From NCBI GenBank assembly GCA_963775685.1, contig CAVZJV010000014.1, positions 1,536,001 to 1,600,000 on the forward strand: a stretch of 64,000 bases of DNA, written 5' to 3'. This stretch comes from Candidatus Bathyarchaeota archaeon (lineage in GTDB: Archaea; Thermoproteota; Bathyarchaeia; Bathyarchaeales; Bathycorpusculaceae). The notes beneath the pieces are model-generated. The model saw only the letters and a list, made by a program, of their open reading frames with translations, was not told the DNA's origin and searched no databases. Within the stretch, counting starts at the first letter, position 1; every line of letters begins with the position of its first letter. Position numbers and translations under genes: made by a program. Below, in pieces: positions 8,842-18,896 of the stretch.

Positions 8842-10251
8842 TTATTTTTTGTCGGTTAGGTATTCTTGCATTGCTTTGGCAGCGCGTTTGCCTGCTCCCA
8901 TTGCGCTGATGACTGTTGCTGCTCCTGTCGCGACGTCTCCGCCTGCATAGACGCCGTCTAGGCTGGTTTTGCCAACTTCGTTAACGCATATGGTTCCGTG
9001 TCTGGGGTCGCTTTGTAAGCCGCCTGTGGTACGTTGGATTATGGGGTTGGGTGTTTGTCCGATGGCGATGATGACTGTGTCAACGTCCATTGTGAATTCG
9101 CTGCCTGGAACCTCTTTGACGCTTCTTCTGCCTTTAGCATCTGGTTCTCCGAGTTCCATCGCGATAACTTTCATTGCTTTAACCCATCCTTTTTCGTCAC
9201 CGTAGAATTCGAGTGGCGCTGCAAGGAATTTGCAGACTAAGCCTTCTTCTTCAGCGTTTTCAATTTCTTCGTTTCTTGCAGGCAACTCGTTTCTGGAGCG
9301 TCTGTAGAGTAAGCATACTTCACTTCCCAGTCGCATGCTACTTCTTGCGCAGTCCATAGCTACGTTTCCACCACCGATGACGACCACTTTTTTGCCGATG
9401 CGTAGGGGAGTATCGTACTCGGGGAACAAGTACGCTTTCATAAGGTTAACGCGTATCAGAAACTCGTTGGCAGAATAGATACCTCCCAAGTTTTCACCGG
9501 GGCAACCAGTAAACTGAGGCAAACCAGCGCCACTTCCGATGAAAACTGCGTCGTAACCGTTCTTCATGAGTTCAGGGATAGTATGGATTCTACCGATCAA
9601 GTTGCCCAAGCGCAAGTCAACGCCAAGCTTCTGAACATAGTTAACTTCATTCTGAACAATGGCTTTGGGTAGACGAAACTCTGGAATCCCGTACATTAGT
9701 ACGCCTCCACCCACATGCAAGGCTTCGAACATGGTGATTTCGTGTCCGCGCTTAACTAGGTCCGCTGCAACGGTTAGTCCAGCGGGACCGGCACCAACGA
9801 TAGCTACTTTCTTACCTGTTGCTGGAGCTTTTGGCGGAAGTTGAAATCCATTGTCTCGTTCCCAGTCTGCCAAGAAGCGTTCTAAGCGTCCAATGCTTAC
9901 TGGTTCACCCATCTTGCCGATGACACATTTTTTCTGGCACTGCTCTTCTTGTGGGCAAACTCGTCCACAAACGGCAGGCAAGGCATTCTTTGTTTTAATG
10001 GCAGCTATGCCTTCACTGTACTTCTTTTCTTTGATGCATTTTATGAATGTTGGAATTGGAATATCAACTGGACAACCAGATCTGCATTGGGGATTTGGGC
10101 ATTGCAGACATCGGCTTGCTTCTTCTTGGGCTTCTGCTTCAGTGTAGCCTAAAGCTACCTCGCTAAAGTTTTTAGCGCGAACTTTAGGCTCTTGCTTTGC
10201 CATCTCTACGGCTTTTTTATTTAACTTTGGTTTAGGCTTTACTTCTGCCAC
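8842..10251 (-). CDS. nfnB: NfnB/SudA-type large subunit (GltD-like NADPH-dependent FAD/Fe-S oxidoreductase)
   Basis: RCLQC..PQC..GCP, CGRVCPQEEQC, GAGPAG, GGGNVAMD, YRR, GGDVATG; GTG at 10251 has GGAGG 8 nt upstream. Confidence 0.88.
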   Translation of the reverse strand: MAEVKPKPKLNKKAVEMAKQEPKVRAKNFSEVALGYTEAEAQEEASRCLQCPNPQCRSGCPVDIPIPTFIKCIKEKKYSEGIAAIKTKNALPAVCGRVCPQEEQCQKKCVIGKMGEPVSIGRLERFLADWERDNGFQLPPKAPATGKKVAIVGAGPAGLTVAADLVKRGHEITMFEALHVGGGVLMYGIPEFRLPKAIVQNEVNYVQKLGVDLRLGNLIGRIHTIPELMKNGYDAVFIGSGAGLPQFTGCPGENLGGIYSANEFLIRVNLMKAYLFPEYDTPLRIGKKVVVIGGGNVAMDCARSSMRLGSEVCLLYRRSRNELPARNEEIENAEEEGLVCKFLAAPLEFYGDEKGWVKAMKVIAMELGEPDAKGRRSVKEVPGSEFTMDVDTVIIAIGQTPNPIIQRTTGGLQSDPRHGTICVNEVGKTSLDGVYAGGDVATGAATVISAMGAGKRAAKAMQEYLTDKK

Positions 10252-11077
10252 ATTTACAACCTCCACTCATTTCTGACAATACTGAACTTAAACGTTCTTC
10301 AGGAAGCATCGTTCGTTGACGCAGAATTAACTCGTCAAAGTCAGTTTTGTGACCATCAAACTCTGGACCATCCACGCAACCAAACATCATTTTCCCGTCA
10401 ACTGTAACTCGGCAAACACCACACATGCCCATGCCGTCAATCATTATAGGCGTTAAAGTTACGATTGTTGGGATAGCAAAGGGTTTGGTGATTTCGCAGA
10501 CATCTTTCATGAGAATTACTGGACCCATAACAACGCAGCGGTCAAATTTTTCTGTCTTGAGTAACTCTTTAAGGAAATCTAAGCCTTTGTAGCCTCTGGA
10601 GCCATCATCTGTGGCAACGTAGACTTTGTCGCTTAGGGCTTTTGCTTCGTTTTCCATCATGATAAATTCTTTTGTTCGTGCCCCAAGGACCGTAGTGACT
10701 TTGTTGCCTGCTTCTTTCATCGCCTTAGCTTGCAACAACAAGGGGGCAATCATTACGCTTCCTCCTACACAAAGGACCTTGCCGAAGTTTTTGACTTCCG
10801 ACGGATTACCCAATGGACCAGTGACGTTATCGATTGATTCACCTTGGTTAAGCATTCCGATTCCTTTGGTAGTTTTGCCGACTTCATGGAAAGCAAAAGA
10901 AACTGTTCCTTTAGCTTGATTATACCCACTAATAGTTAAAGGCACACGTTCGCCAGTTTTACCGTGGATTACGATTAGGAATTGTCCAGCTTGGGCTTTA
11001 GCTGCAACATCTGGAGCTTCAACTTCGAAGAGTTTAATCTTGGGAACGAGTTCTGTTTTGTTTACTATTTTGTACGT
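10232..11077 (-). CDS. nfnA: NfnA/SudB-type small subunit (FAD, [2Fe-2S]); true start appears to be ACG at 11077
   Basis: The frame extends upstream of 10945 as (T/M)YKIVNKTELVPKIKLFEVEAPDVAAKAQAGQFL...GERVPLTI; DGMGMCGVCRV and CVDGPEFDGH present. Confidence 0.88.
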   Translation of the reverse strand, partial: TYKIVNKTELVPKIKLFEVEAPDVAAKAQAGQFLIVIHGKTGERVPLTISGYNQAKGTVSFAFHEVGKTTKGIGMLNQGESIDNVTGPLGNPSEVKNFGKVLCVGGSVMIAPLLLQAKAMKEAGNKVTTVLGARTKEFIMMENEAKALSDKVYVATDDGSRGYKGLDFLKELLKTEKFDRCVVMGPVILMKDVCEITKPFAIPTIVTLTPIMIDGMGMCGVCRVTVDGKMMFGCVDGPEFDGHKTDFDELILRQRTMLPEERLSSVLSEMSGGCKCGRSKA

Positions 11078-12291
11078 TTTGCAGTCGCCTCCACAGTTAC
11101 TTCACGTTTAGGTAAAGTACAAATTTTTTTATAGAAATCATCGAGTTTATGCTCAAAGTCGCCAGCGCATCTGGGTGACTCCTCGTAGAGTTCAAATCGA
11201 TCAAGCAACCCCAGCTTTTTGAGGACAACTTTCAGAACAGCTACATTGCGTTCTGCAGTGTCTCTGCCTTCTTGGAGTTTGCAGTCTTTAGATGAGCAAA
11301 CCACACCCATAACACCGTCAAAACCACAGTTTAACGCGTTTATTATGTGGACTGGGTCAAGGGATTTGAAGCATGGAACTTCCAGCGCCAACACATTTTT
11401 GCCCTCAAACGCCTTGTTTGGGGTGTCAAGAGCTGAAAACTCTGACCATTGACAAACGAATGCGAGAACTGCTGGACCTTTGCCCTTAGCTTTTAATTGT
11501 TCAAGCGATTTCCCGTATCTGTCTACGACTTCATCAAATTCGAAGCCTTTTACTTCGATTGCTTGGTGTGGACAAACCAGTTGGCATGCACCACAACCGA
11601 CACATTTTTCCTCGTTAACTTTGGGTGTTGCAAACGACTCAAATTCAAGAGCACCGTAAGGACATATGAAGATACATTTGTCGCAACCCACACAAGCTTG
11701 TACATCATAGACTGCTTTGCGAGAAAACTTTATTATTCTGACAGCGTTATCGTCAAAACCCAACTGTTTTAGAACATTTTTGGCTAACACCAATCGCCTG
11801 GTATTAATTTTTGTGCCTTCTTTGTAGCGACAGAATGGGTCTTCACATTGAATTGAAACGATGTTTTTTACTCCAGTGTTGAGGGCTTCAAATACGAAGT
11901 CGGTTGGAACTCTTCCTGCACAGGGCAAACGCAAAGCCATGTAATTATCAACTTTCAAGCCTTGCGCTTTAAGGATGTCCTGAACCTCGCCTGTCGATGG
12001 TGAGTTTCCTCGGCACATCAAAACCAGCGTTTCAGCATCATTTTTGGCTTTTTCCTGCGCCTTCTTCAGGTATTCGGACAGGTTATCGTAAGTGTAATAT
12101 TGCATTTTTATTGCTGCAGAGGGACAAGCACTATAGCATATGCCGCAAACCTGGCAGTCCTGACTATTAATTTCAACTTTGCCCGTTGAATCTGCCTTTA
12201 TAGCTTCATAGGGACAGATTGATTTACAGACATAACATCGGCTACATAAGTCCTGATCGATTTCCACTACAGCGAGACATTTTTCACTCAT
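11065..12291 (-). CDS. Tandem (2x[4Fe-4S] ferredoxin + MvhD/FlpD-like [2Fe-2S])x2 protein
   Basis: Four CxxCxxCxxxCP motifs and two MvhD-like domains (LMCRG..LPCAGRV..QCEDPFCRY.EG; FVCQWS..VPCFKSLDP..VCSSKDCKLQEG). Confidence 0.85.
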   Translation of the reverse strand: MSEKCLAVVEIDQDLCSRCYVCKSICPYEAIKADSTGKVEINSQDCQVCGICYSACPSAAIKMQYYTYDNLSEYLKKAQEKAKNDAETLVLMCRGNSPSTGEVQDILKAQGLKVDNYMALRLPCAGRVPTDFVFEALNTGVKNIVSIQCEDPFCRYKEGTKINTRRLVLAKNVLKQLGFDDNAVRIIKFSRKAVYDVQACVGCDKCIFICPYGALEFESFATPKVNEEKCVGCGACQLVCPHQAIEVKGFEFDEVVDRYGKSLEQLKAKGKGPAVLAFVCQWSEFSALDTPNKAFEGKNVLALEVPCFKSLDPVHIINALNCGFDGVMGVVCSSKDCKLQEGRDTAERNVAVLKVVLKKLGLLDRFELYEESPRCAGDFEHKLDDFYKKICTLPKREVTVEATAKRTK

Positions 12292-12401
12292 TTTGAACAC
12301 TCTTTTAATTCGCGTTTCCGGTGTTACCTTATGCTTCAGCACTTAAGCTTAAGCTCATTGAAAACATGAAAAGGGTTTTAGAATATTATAATCCTTTCTC
12401 T

Positions 12402-13340
12402 CTATTTTCTGTAATACGGTTGGCGAATGTAGCTGTAAGCTTCAAGCGCGGCTGTGATGCCTTGACCCACAGCAGTACCCACCTGCTTAACAGGGTGATT
12501 GGATACATCGCCTGCAGCGAAAACGCCCGCAATGTTGGTATGCTGGCGAATATCGATTTTGATGTAGCCATACTCGTCAGTCTCTATACCGCTGGCTTGG
12601 GCAATTTGGCTATTGGGAGCTTCGCCGACTTGCACGAAAACTGCATCAACTTCCATTTCAGTTGTTTTCTGCGTTGTGTTATCGATTATTGTGACTGTTC
12701 TTACTTGTTTATCGCCCTTAATTTCTTGAATTTCAGTGTTCCAGAGAATGTTTACGTTTCCCTTGGAGGTTATATCTGAAACCAAAGTTTCTTCCGCTCG
12801 GAAAGCTTGCCTTCTATGGATAACGGTGACTTGACCCGCAAGATCTGAAAGGTAAAGAGTAGTGATACAAGCAGAGTTTCCGCCCCCGACTACGACGACT
12901 TTTTTGCCCCTAAAGAATGGCCCATCGCAAACTCCACAGTAGCTCACCCCTTTCCCACGAAATTCTTTTTCACCCTTAGCTCCTATCTCTTTGTAGTGAG
13001 AACCCTGGGATATTATAACTGCTTTTGCCTCGTAGGTGGTTCTTATGGTTGTTACTAGTCTTTTTTCACCTGCCAGGTCAATGGCGGTTACTGGTTCAAT
13101 GTCGTGGATAATTACGCCGAGCTTTTTGGCATGGTTAGTCATTTTTTCTGCAAGTTCTCCACCGCTAATTTCCGCAAAACCTGGATAATTTACAACAGTA
13201 GGGGCATCAGAAATTGTTCCTCCAGCCAACTTTTCATCCAAAATAAGGGTTTTTAGTCCGCTTCGCACAGTGTAGATTCCTGCGGCTAATCCTGCTGAGC
13301 CCGCACCTATGATTATGACATCCCAATTCTCCATAAACAT
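12402..13340 (-). CDS. trxB: Thioredoxin reductase
   Basis: GAGSAG, GVSYCGVCDG, GGGNSA, HRR, AAGDV, QVGTAVGQG. Confidence 0.93.
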   Translation of the reverse strand: MFMENWDVIIIGAGSAGLAAGIYTVRSGLKTLILDEKLAGGTISDAPTVVNYPGFAEISGGELAEKMTNHAKKLGVIIHDIEPVTAIDLAGEKRLVTTIRTTYEAKAVIISQGSHYKEIGAKGEKEFRGKGVSYCGVCDGPFFRGKKVVVVGGGNSACITTLYLSDLAGQVTVIHRRQAFRAEETLVSDITSKGNVNILWNTEIQEIKGDKQVRTVTIIDNTTQKTTEMEVDAVFVQVGEAPNSQIAQASGIETDEYGYIKIDIRQHTNIAGVFAAGDVSNHPVKQVGTAVGQGITAALEAYSYIRQPYYRK

Positions 13341-13478
13341 GCATCTCTTTATATGTAAATAGTTGGCCGGAGCAGTTTATGAATTGTTCGGCTTACCTTG
13401 GGTTGGTTTGGCGTCTCCAATAAGCTGATTAAGGCGAAACTAATTTAGTTCTAAATAAGACTTTTCGAGGATTAATTT

Positions 13479-15236
13479 ATGGCAAAATATAGGTGCACCG
13501 TCTGCAATTACGTTTATGATGATGCGAAAGAAAAAGTAAAGTTCACAGATTTGCCCAAAGAGTGGGTTTGCCCCGTTTGTGGAGCACCCAGATCAGTTTT
13601 CGTTTTGCTGGCGGAAATGTCCGAGAAGAAAACAGCTGAGCACACTGTTTCCGAAGTGCTCATTAACCAGATTGCCGAGTGGGGAGTCCAATACGTTTTC
13701 GGCATTCCAGGAACATCAACTTTGGGTGTAGTGGAAGCTATACGCAAAACCGATGGAAAAGTAAAATATGTTCAGGTTCGCCATGAGGAAACAGCTGCGT
13801 TTATGGCTTCAGCATATGGCAAGTTAACTGGACATGTGGCGGCTTGCCTTGGGATTTCCGGTCCAGGCGCAACCAACCTTGTAACTGGATTGTACGATGC
13901 GCAACTTGATCACTCACCAGTTTTAGCCTTAACAGGTTTGGTTCCACGCAAACAGATAGGTCAAGGTGCAATACAGGAAATTGACCAACAAGCGTTCTTC
14001 GAACCTTTGAGCGTATATAACAAAACTTTGATGACTGAAGACCAAACCACAACGCTTGCGACATTGGCGATTAAGCATGCGCTTCTGAATCAGGGTGTGG
14101 CGCACATTGGGATTCCCAATGATGTGCAAAAGTTGCCGTTTGAGGCGAAGATTCTGTCTTTCGAAGGAAGAATGCCCAATATGGCTTATGGACAGGAGGA
14201 ATGGATAGTTGAGAAAGCGGCAAAAGTCATCGATGAAGCAAAGAGGCCGGTGATTTTGGCTGGGTTTGGTTGCCGTGGTCAAGGCAAAAAGTTGTTGAAT
14301 TTAGCTTCCAAGTTATGTGCGCCGATAATATCTACTTTTAGGGCTAAAGGAGTAGTTGACGAAAACGATCCGCTCTATGTCGGGTGTCATGGCGGTGTCG
14401 GTTCGACCGCTGCTGGAACACTTATGGAAAAGGCGGATTTGCTCATCGCAATTGGTTCGTCGTTTTCCGATTTGTCGTTGATTCCGCAGAAACGAACGGT
14501 TCAGATTGAGATCAATCCATTGATGATTGCTCGCAGGTATCCTGTTGAGGTTAGCTTGCTTGGCAACAGTGCGATTTTAATTCCAAAGCTGACGGAGAAG
14601 GTTGCATTGAAGCAGAACAAAAATTATTTGGTTGAGATAAGCCAGTTAAAGCAGGCTTGGATACAACAACTGGATATAGAGTCGGATGCAACCCTGAAAC
14701 CCATTAGACCACCTTACATTATCAAGGTCTTAAATGACAAAATTGCAGACAACGCAATTATCTCTCTTGATGTTGGCGAGAACTGCTGGTGGTTTGGTAG
14801 AAACTTTAGGATGAAGAAGACGCAAAAACTGGTGATGAGCGGACAATTGGCTACAATGGGTTTTGGTTTACCTGGAGCATTAGCGGCTGCACTGGCCTAC
14901 CCTGAGAGACAGATTGTGTGTTTAACGGGCGATGGTGGTTTGACTATGGTTATGGGCGATTTCTTGACCGCTTTGAAATATAACTTGCCAGTCAAAGTAT
15001 TTGTTATGAATAACAAACGATTGGGGATGATTATGCAAGAGCAGAAAGTGGAGAGGTATGAGAGCTGGCAAACAGAGTTGCATGACTTTAGCTTCGCCGC
15101 TTTTGCTGAGCATGCAGGTGGTTTAGGCATCAAGGTCACTGAGCCAAGTGAGTTGGAAGCAGCCGTGGACAAAGCCCTCATAGCAAACATACCTACAATC
15201 GTGGACATTGACACTGACCCAAGAAGGTTTCTGTGA
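13479..15236 (+). CDS. Rubredoxin-fused pyruvate oxidase-like ThDP enzyme
   Basis: N-terminal CTVCNYVYD...WVCPVCG rubredoxin; [32 protein letters not shown]...NN. Confidence 0.88.
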   Translation: MAKYRCTVCNYVYDDAKEKVKFTDLPKEWVCPVCGAPRSVFVLLAEMSEKKTAEHTVSEVLINQIAEWGVQYVFGIPGTSTLGVVEAIRKTDGKVKYVQVRHEETAAFMASAYGKLTGHVAACLGISGPGATNLVTGLYDAQLDHSPVLALTGLVPRKQIGQGAIQEIDQQAFFEPLSVYNKTLMTEDQTTTLATLAIKHALLNQGVAHIGIPNDVQKLPFEAKILSFEGRMPNMAYGQEEWIVEKAAKVIDEAKRPVILAGFGCRGQGKKLLNLASKLCAPIISTFRAKGVVDENDPLYVGCHGGVGSTAAGTLMEKADLLIAIGSSFSDLSLIPQKRTVQIEINPLMIARRYPVEVSLLGNSAILIPKLTEKVALKQNKNYLVEISQLKQAWIQQLDIESDATLKPIRPPYIIKVLNDKIADNAIISLDVGENCWWFGRNFRMKKTQKLVMSGQLATMGFGLPGALAAALAYPERQIVCLTGDGGLTMVMGDFLTALKYNLPVKVFVMNNKRLGMIMQEQKVERYESWQTELHDFSFAAFAEHAGGLGIKVTEPSELEAAVDKALIANIPTIVDIDTDPRRFL

Positions 15237-15247
15237 GGTGAAAAAGT

Positions 15248-15661
15248 ATGAGTGAAAAACAGGGTTTGACATTGGCGTTTGTGATTTCATTGGTCGGAGG
15301 TTTAATTGTTCTAATCTTTAGTTTAGTGAATTTGGTATGGTTTGGTTCTAACGCTCCAAATTGGGGAGGTTTTGGCGACTATTGGGGCAGCATGATGAAT
15401 GGCTACCATAACTTTATGGGCAACTATGCTAGTTCGACAGGTTTCTTTACTGCTGTTTCGGTAGCTAGTTTTGTTTGCGGAGTAATCGTTCTGATGAGTG
15501 CTTTTGTTTTGCGGATTCACCCACAAGAGCATTTTCTTTGGGGAGTGGTTATCGTTGTGTTTTCAGCGATAAGCTTTGTTGGAATGGGTGGATACTTTGT
15601 CGGCGCAGCATTCGGCATTATCGGAGGAGCACGTGCTTTAACCTACAAACCACTAACATAG
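15248..15661 (+). CDS. Membrane protein (DUF6114-like)
   Basis: Four TM helices, GGYFVGAAFGIIGG; GAGGTGA RBS. Confidence 0.75.
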   Translation: MSEKQGLTLAFVISLVGGLIVLIFSLVNLVWFGSNAPNWGGFGDYWGSMMNGYHNFMGNYASSTGFFTAVSVASFVCGVIVLMSAFVLRIHPQEHFLWGVVIVVFSAISFVGMGGYFVGAAFGIIGGARALTYKPLT

Positions 15662-15983
15662 ACTAAACCAAAGAAACATGGCAATCCTATCAGCTCGCCT
15701 CAACCGCTGCATTGGCAACAGTTTCTACTATTTAGGCGGCTGAGCAACCTTTGTTTTTAATGGTGGTTGGAAAAAAGATATGAACATTAGTCTTTCACCG
15801 CTTTGAATGCTACTATTGGCCCACGGAATCTCTTCAGACAAAAGCTGGTGCACGCCAAAAAAATGACCTCGTCAGAAGATCATCATAAATAAACAGTGAA
15901 CAAACAGACAGAGGCTAGAGACAACTAATTTAGCTCAAAGTTTAGCCATGTTTATTAGTGCTTTAGTTTTTTTTATGTGACGT

Positions 15984-16250
15984 TTAAGTCAACATTGTTT
16001 TCTTTTCAATTTTGTTTATCGTTTGAAGCGTTTTTTCTGCAGTAGATGCACTGGAAAGCAGGTCATCTATGGTTGCTGTGAGGGTAACGATTTTGGCGTC
16101 GCAATCTATTTCTGTTATGACCCTGTTGTTTTCCTGCACGGTTTTGACTTGTAGCCCCTGGGGGATTTTGAAGTTGTCAGGCGAAACCGCTTCTGAAACA
16201 GCTTGCGCAGTTTTCAGGTCTTTGTATTCAAGCGTTATTGTTGCTCTCAA
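15984..16250 (-). CDS. pcc1: KEOPS complex Pcc1-like subunit
   Basis: Size, AVSPDN and L.ATIDDLL; conserved position after rps15-DHH. Confidence 0.8.
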   Translation of the reverse strand: MRATITLEYKDLKTAQAVSEAVSPDNFKIPQGLQVKTVQENNRVITEIDCDAKIVTLTATIDDLLSSASTAEKTLQTINKIEKKTMLT

Positions 16251-17694
16251 GCTTCTCCCCCTTAAGTTGCCTACCTACCAACTCATCAGCCAATTTAATG
16301 AAATCATCAATCTTTTCTAAAGGAACCTGTGCACCAGCAGCGATGTTGTGGCCTCCGCCTTTGCCGCCATTGTTCTCCGAAGCTAATCTCATTACGGTCC
16401 CGAGGTTGACTCCTTTTCGAAGTGCAGCTTCGGTGGTTCTGCCCGAAAACTTTGCAGCTTTTTCAGCTTCGATATTGGCGAATGCTATGAGTGGTTTTTC
16501 GTTATTAATAAGACCTGAAACGATGATGGATGATACAGTACCGATGATTTTTTCGTTGATGAAGGTTTCACCATAGACAACGTAGATGTTTTGGAGCTCG
16601 CGCATGCGGTCAGGTTTCTCGTTTACCCAGCTGAGGTATTTGTTAATGCTTTTGCGATAATCCTCAAGGATTTTGCTGGATTCTTCAAGGGCTGCTTTGC
16701 GGTCCCCCATACAAATAGCGATACCCAAACTAGGTCGGTCCATACGTCCTGTCGAATTCAAAACCACCGCGAACTCCCGGCCATCCCGCAGCGCAGTGTT
16801 GGGTTCTTCCTTGGCTAAAATGTAAATATACCCAATGAGGTTGTCAACTTCCATATGCAAGCCTTTTGATAATAAGTAGTCAGCTATAGCAGAGCATAAC
16901 CGTTTTCGTTCTTCGTCTGTTAAGTCGCAGAGAGCCCTCAACTTGTCGCCCTGCTTTAGGGGAATACCCAGGTTTGCTACAAAGTTTAATGCTTCGGTTT
17001 CTTGACCGCTTAGACCTGGAATAAACGGATTAGTGGTAGTCGCTATCATCTTGTATATGGGCCGTGTTTCTCTGCCAAAGAAAATCAGATCCTTCTCAAC
17101 TTTCAACACCCCAGCGGCGATGCCGTCGTTAACTATTATTTCGTTTAGACTCCGGAGACTTCGTTGTTCATACTTGTCCTGCATGTCCCCAAGGGCACCA
17201 ATAATGGCAATTGCTGCCAAATCCAAATTTGCAGCATTCACTGCCCTAGCCGCAAAGTAAGCTACACCTGAACCGCTAACATCAGTCGCCCCATCGATAC
17301 CGAAGAGATGAGGGTTTACCTGTACAAAATTTGGGTTAGAGACTTTCCTTGTTATTTGGTGGTGGTCAAGGATTACGACTTTCACGTTTGGGATTTTCTC
17401 ATTAAGCAAATCAAGATATCCGCTTCCAAAGTCGGTGAGTATAACGAGCTGAGGCTTGTCAGCTATGACTTCACCGATGATTTTATCATCAACCCACTGC
17501 ATAACCCGAATTCGAAAACGAGCATCAAGCCGATAGAGCATCTTGGCCATAACACCTGCCGCGGCAACACCGTCAGCATCCAAATGCGAAAATACGAGGA
17601 TGAAACCGTCTTTCTTGACAACCTCCAGAATCACTTTTGCTGCTTCATTTGCTGCTGTTAAGAAGTCTTCGATTGATTTTTGCTGCGTCGCCAT
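16228..17694 (-). CDS. RecJ-like DHH phosphoesterase
   Basis: SHLDADG, TDFG, DHH, GDMQD, GGGHNIAAG. Confidence 0.92.
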   Translation of the reverse strand: MATQQKSIEDFLTAANEAAKVILEVVKKDGFILVFSHLDADGVAAAGVMAKMLYRLDARFRIRVMQWVDDKIIGEVIADKPQLVILTDFGSGYLDLLNEKIPNVKVVILDHHQITRKVSNPNFVQVNPHLFGIDGATDVSGSGVAYFAARAVNAANLDLAAIAIIGALGDMQDKYEQRSLRSLNEIIVNDGIAAGVLKVEKDLIFFGRETRPIYKMIATTTNPFIPGLSGQETEALNFVANLGIPLKQGDKLRALCDLTDEERKRLCSAIADYLLSKGLHMEVDNLIGYIYILAKEEPNTALRDGREFAVVLNSTGRMDRPSLGIAICMGDRKAALEESSKILEDYRKSINKYLSWVNEKPDRMRELQNIYVVYGETFINEKIIGTVSSIIVSGLINNEKPLIAFANIEAEKAAKFSGRTTEAALRKGVNLGTVMRLASENNGGKGGGHNIAAGAQVPLEKIDDFIKLADELVGRQLKGEKLESNNNA

Positions 17695-17786
17695 GCCCAG
17701 TTATCTCTTCGTGGCTTAAAGGTGCTGATTGGATTTAAAGCTGGCGTATCAAGAAACAATAAAAATTAAATAAAGGAAAGAAACGC

Positions 17787-18227
17787 TTATGTTACGGAAG
17801 CGATTTTTGGCACGTACTTCCAGTTCTTTGCGATTACGCCTTCACGTTTGTAGTAGCGGCTGAGCTTGTGGATTCGGGCTTCGATGATTTGCATATTGCG
17901 TTTGTTGTGAAGATCTTTTTTATTTTTGTCCATGTGGACGGCGAGACCTTGGGCTTTCTTCATTAGGTTAGATAGATCTTCGGGCATTGTGGGCGCTAAA
18001 CCTGAGGCTTTTAATGTGTCACTTATGCTCTTGCCCGTGATTGGTTTAACCAGTGGAATTGCGTATTGGTCGCGTAAGATAGTGCCTATGCTACTCAGCG
18101 AGTGCCCTTCTTTGGCGTGTTTAATTATGAACGCTTCTACTTCTTCAGGCTGGTATTTGCACCAGCTTGGAGGGCGCCTGCTGACAGGACGCGTCGAATG
18201 GGATTTCCCTTTTTCTTGCTTTGGCAT
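17787..18227 (-). CDS. rps15: 30S ribosomal protein S15 (uS15/S13e)
   Basis: GKSHSTRP, IGTILRDQYAIP, PEDL, RIHKLSRYYKR. Confidence 0.97.
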   Translation of the reverse strand: MPKQEKGKSHSTRPVSRRPPSWCKYQPEEVEAFIIKHAKEGHSLSSIGTILRDQYAIPLVKPITGKSISDTLKASGLAPTMPEDLSNLMKKAQGLAVHMDKNKKDLHNKRNMQIIEARIHKLSRYYKREGVIAKNWKYVPKIASVT

Positions 18228-18316
18228 CGTTACACCTTAAACTGCACCCTTATCCACACCCAACGAATATTTAAAAGTAATCCCTACAGGTTAAAAAACC
18301 GGGTTTCTTAGTTCCT

Positions 18317-18823
18317 TTATTCGTGCTTCCGTTTAGGCCTCCTTGCCAAATATACAAATGCTCTAGCAATCAATGATAAGCCAACCAGCACAAGCAAAGA
18401 TGCCCAGAACTGAAACCAGCCATTAAGCGTCCCAGCCAATAGGAAAACATTCGCTATAACGGCAGCGCCTAGCCAGAATATTAAGTCACCCATGCTTTGA
18501 GCTATCCTCCTAATCCTCGAATGGACCACCAATCTGAGGACTAAAATTATGATTTGCAGGACACCTACGCCTAAGAAAAAATTCATGATTGCATTGTAGA
18601 ACCCTTGGTGATCAGCGGGGTGGGCGGGTGAGAGCAGGGTTATGGTGCTTGAGGTGTTGAGGTAGCTTTGGGTTGTTAAGTCGTTGAAGAAGTAGCTTGT
18701 TTGTTCAGCTATGCCCGGGGTGAATGCGAATACGAAGCCTAAAATTATGAAAAATCCGCCTACGGCTATGGCAGCGATTAAGCCTTCATGCAAAAACCTA
18801 TTTTTAACCGCACTATGAGTCAT
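18317..18823 (-). CDS. Hypothetical membrane protein
   Basis: Four TM helices; LSPAHPADH and LRLVVHSRIRRIAQSMGDLIFWLG; similar to 1..406. Confidence 0.75.
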   Translation of the reverse strand: MTHSAVKNRFLHEGLIAAIAVGGFFIILGFVFAFTPGIAEQTSYFFNDLTTQSYLNTSSTITLLSPAHPADHQGFYNAIMNFFLGVGVLQIIILVLRLVVHSRIRRIAQSMGDLIFWLGAAVIANVFLLAGTLNGWFQFWASLLVLVGLSLIARAFVYLARRPKRKHE

Positions 18824-18896
18824 GCCTAGTGCACCTTCACCAATTCTGCTTATGCAACAATTGCAATATAACACTTTGTTTCTGAAGCGGTTTGAC

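Noticed and set aside
8842-10251. Call as glutamate synthase small subunit
   Set aside because: Coupled to a SudB/NfnA-type gene and no GltB domains nearby, so Nfn fits better
15689-15745. Possible hairpin/structured RNA in the 320-bp intergenic gap
   Set aside because: Short imperfect stem with a large loop; no family features
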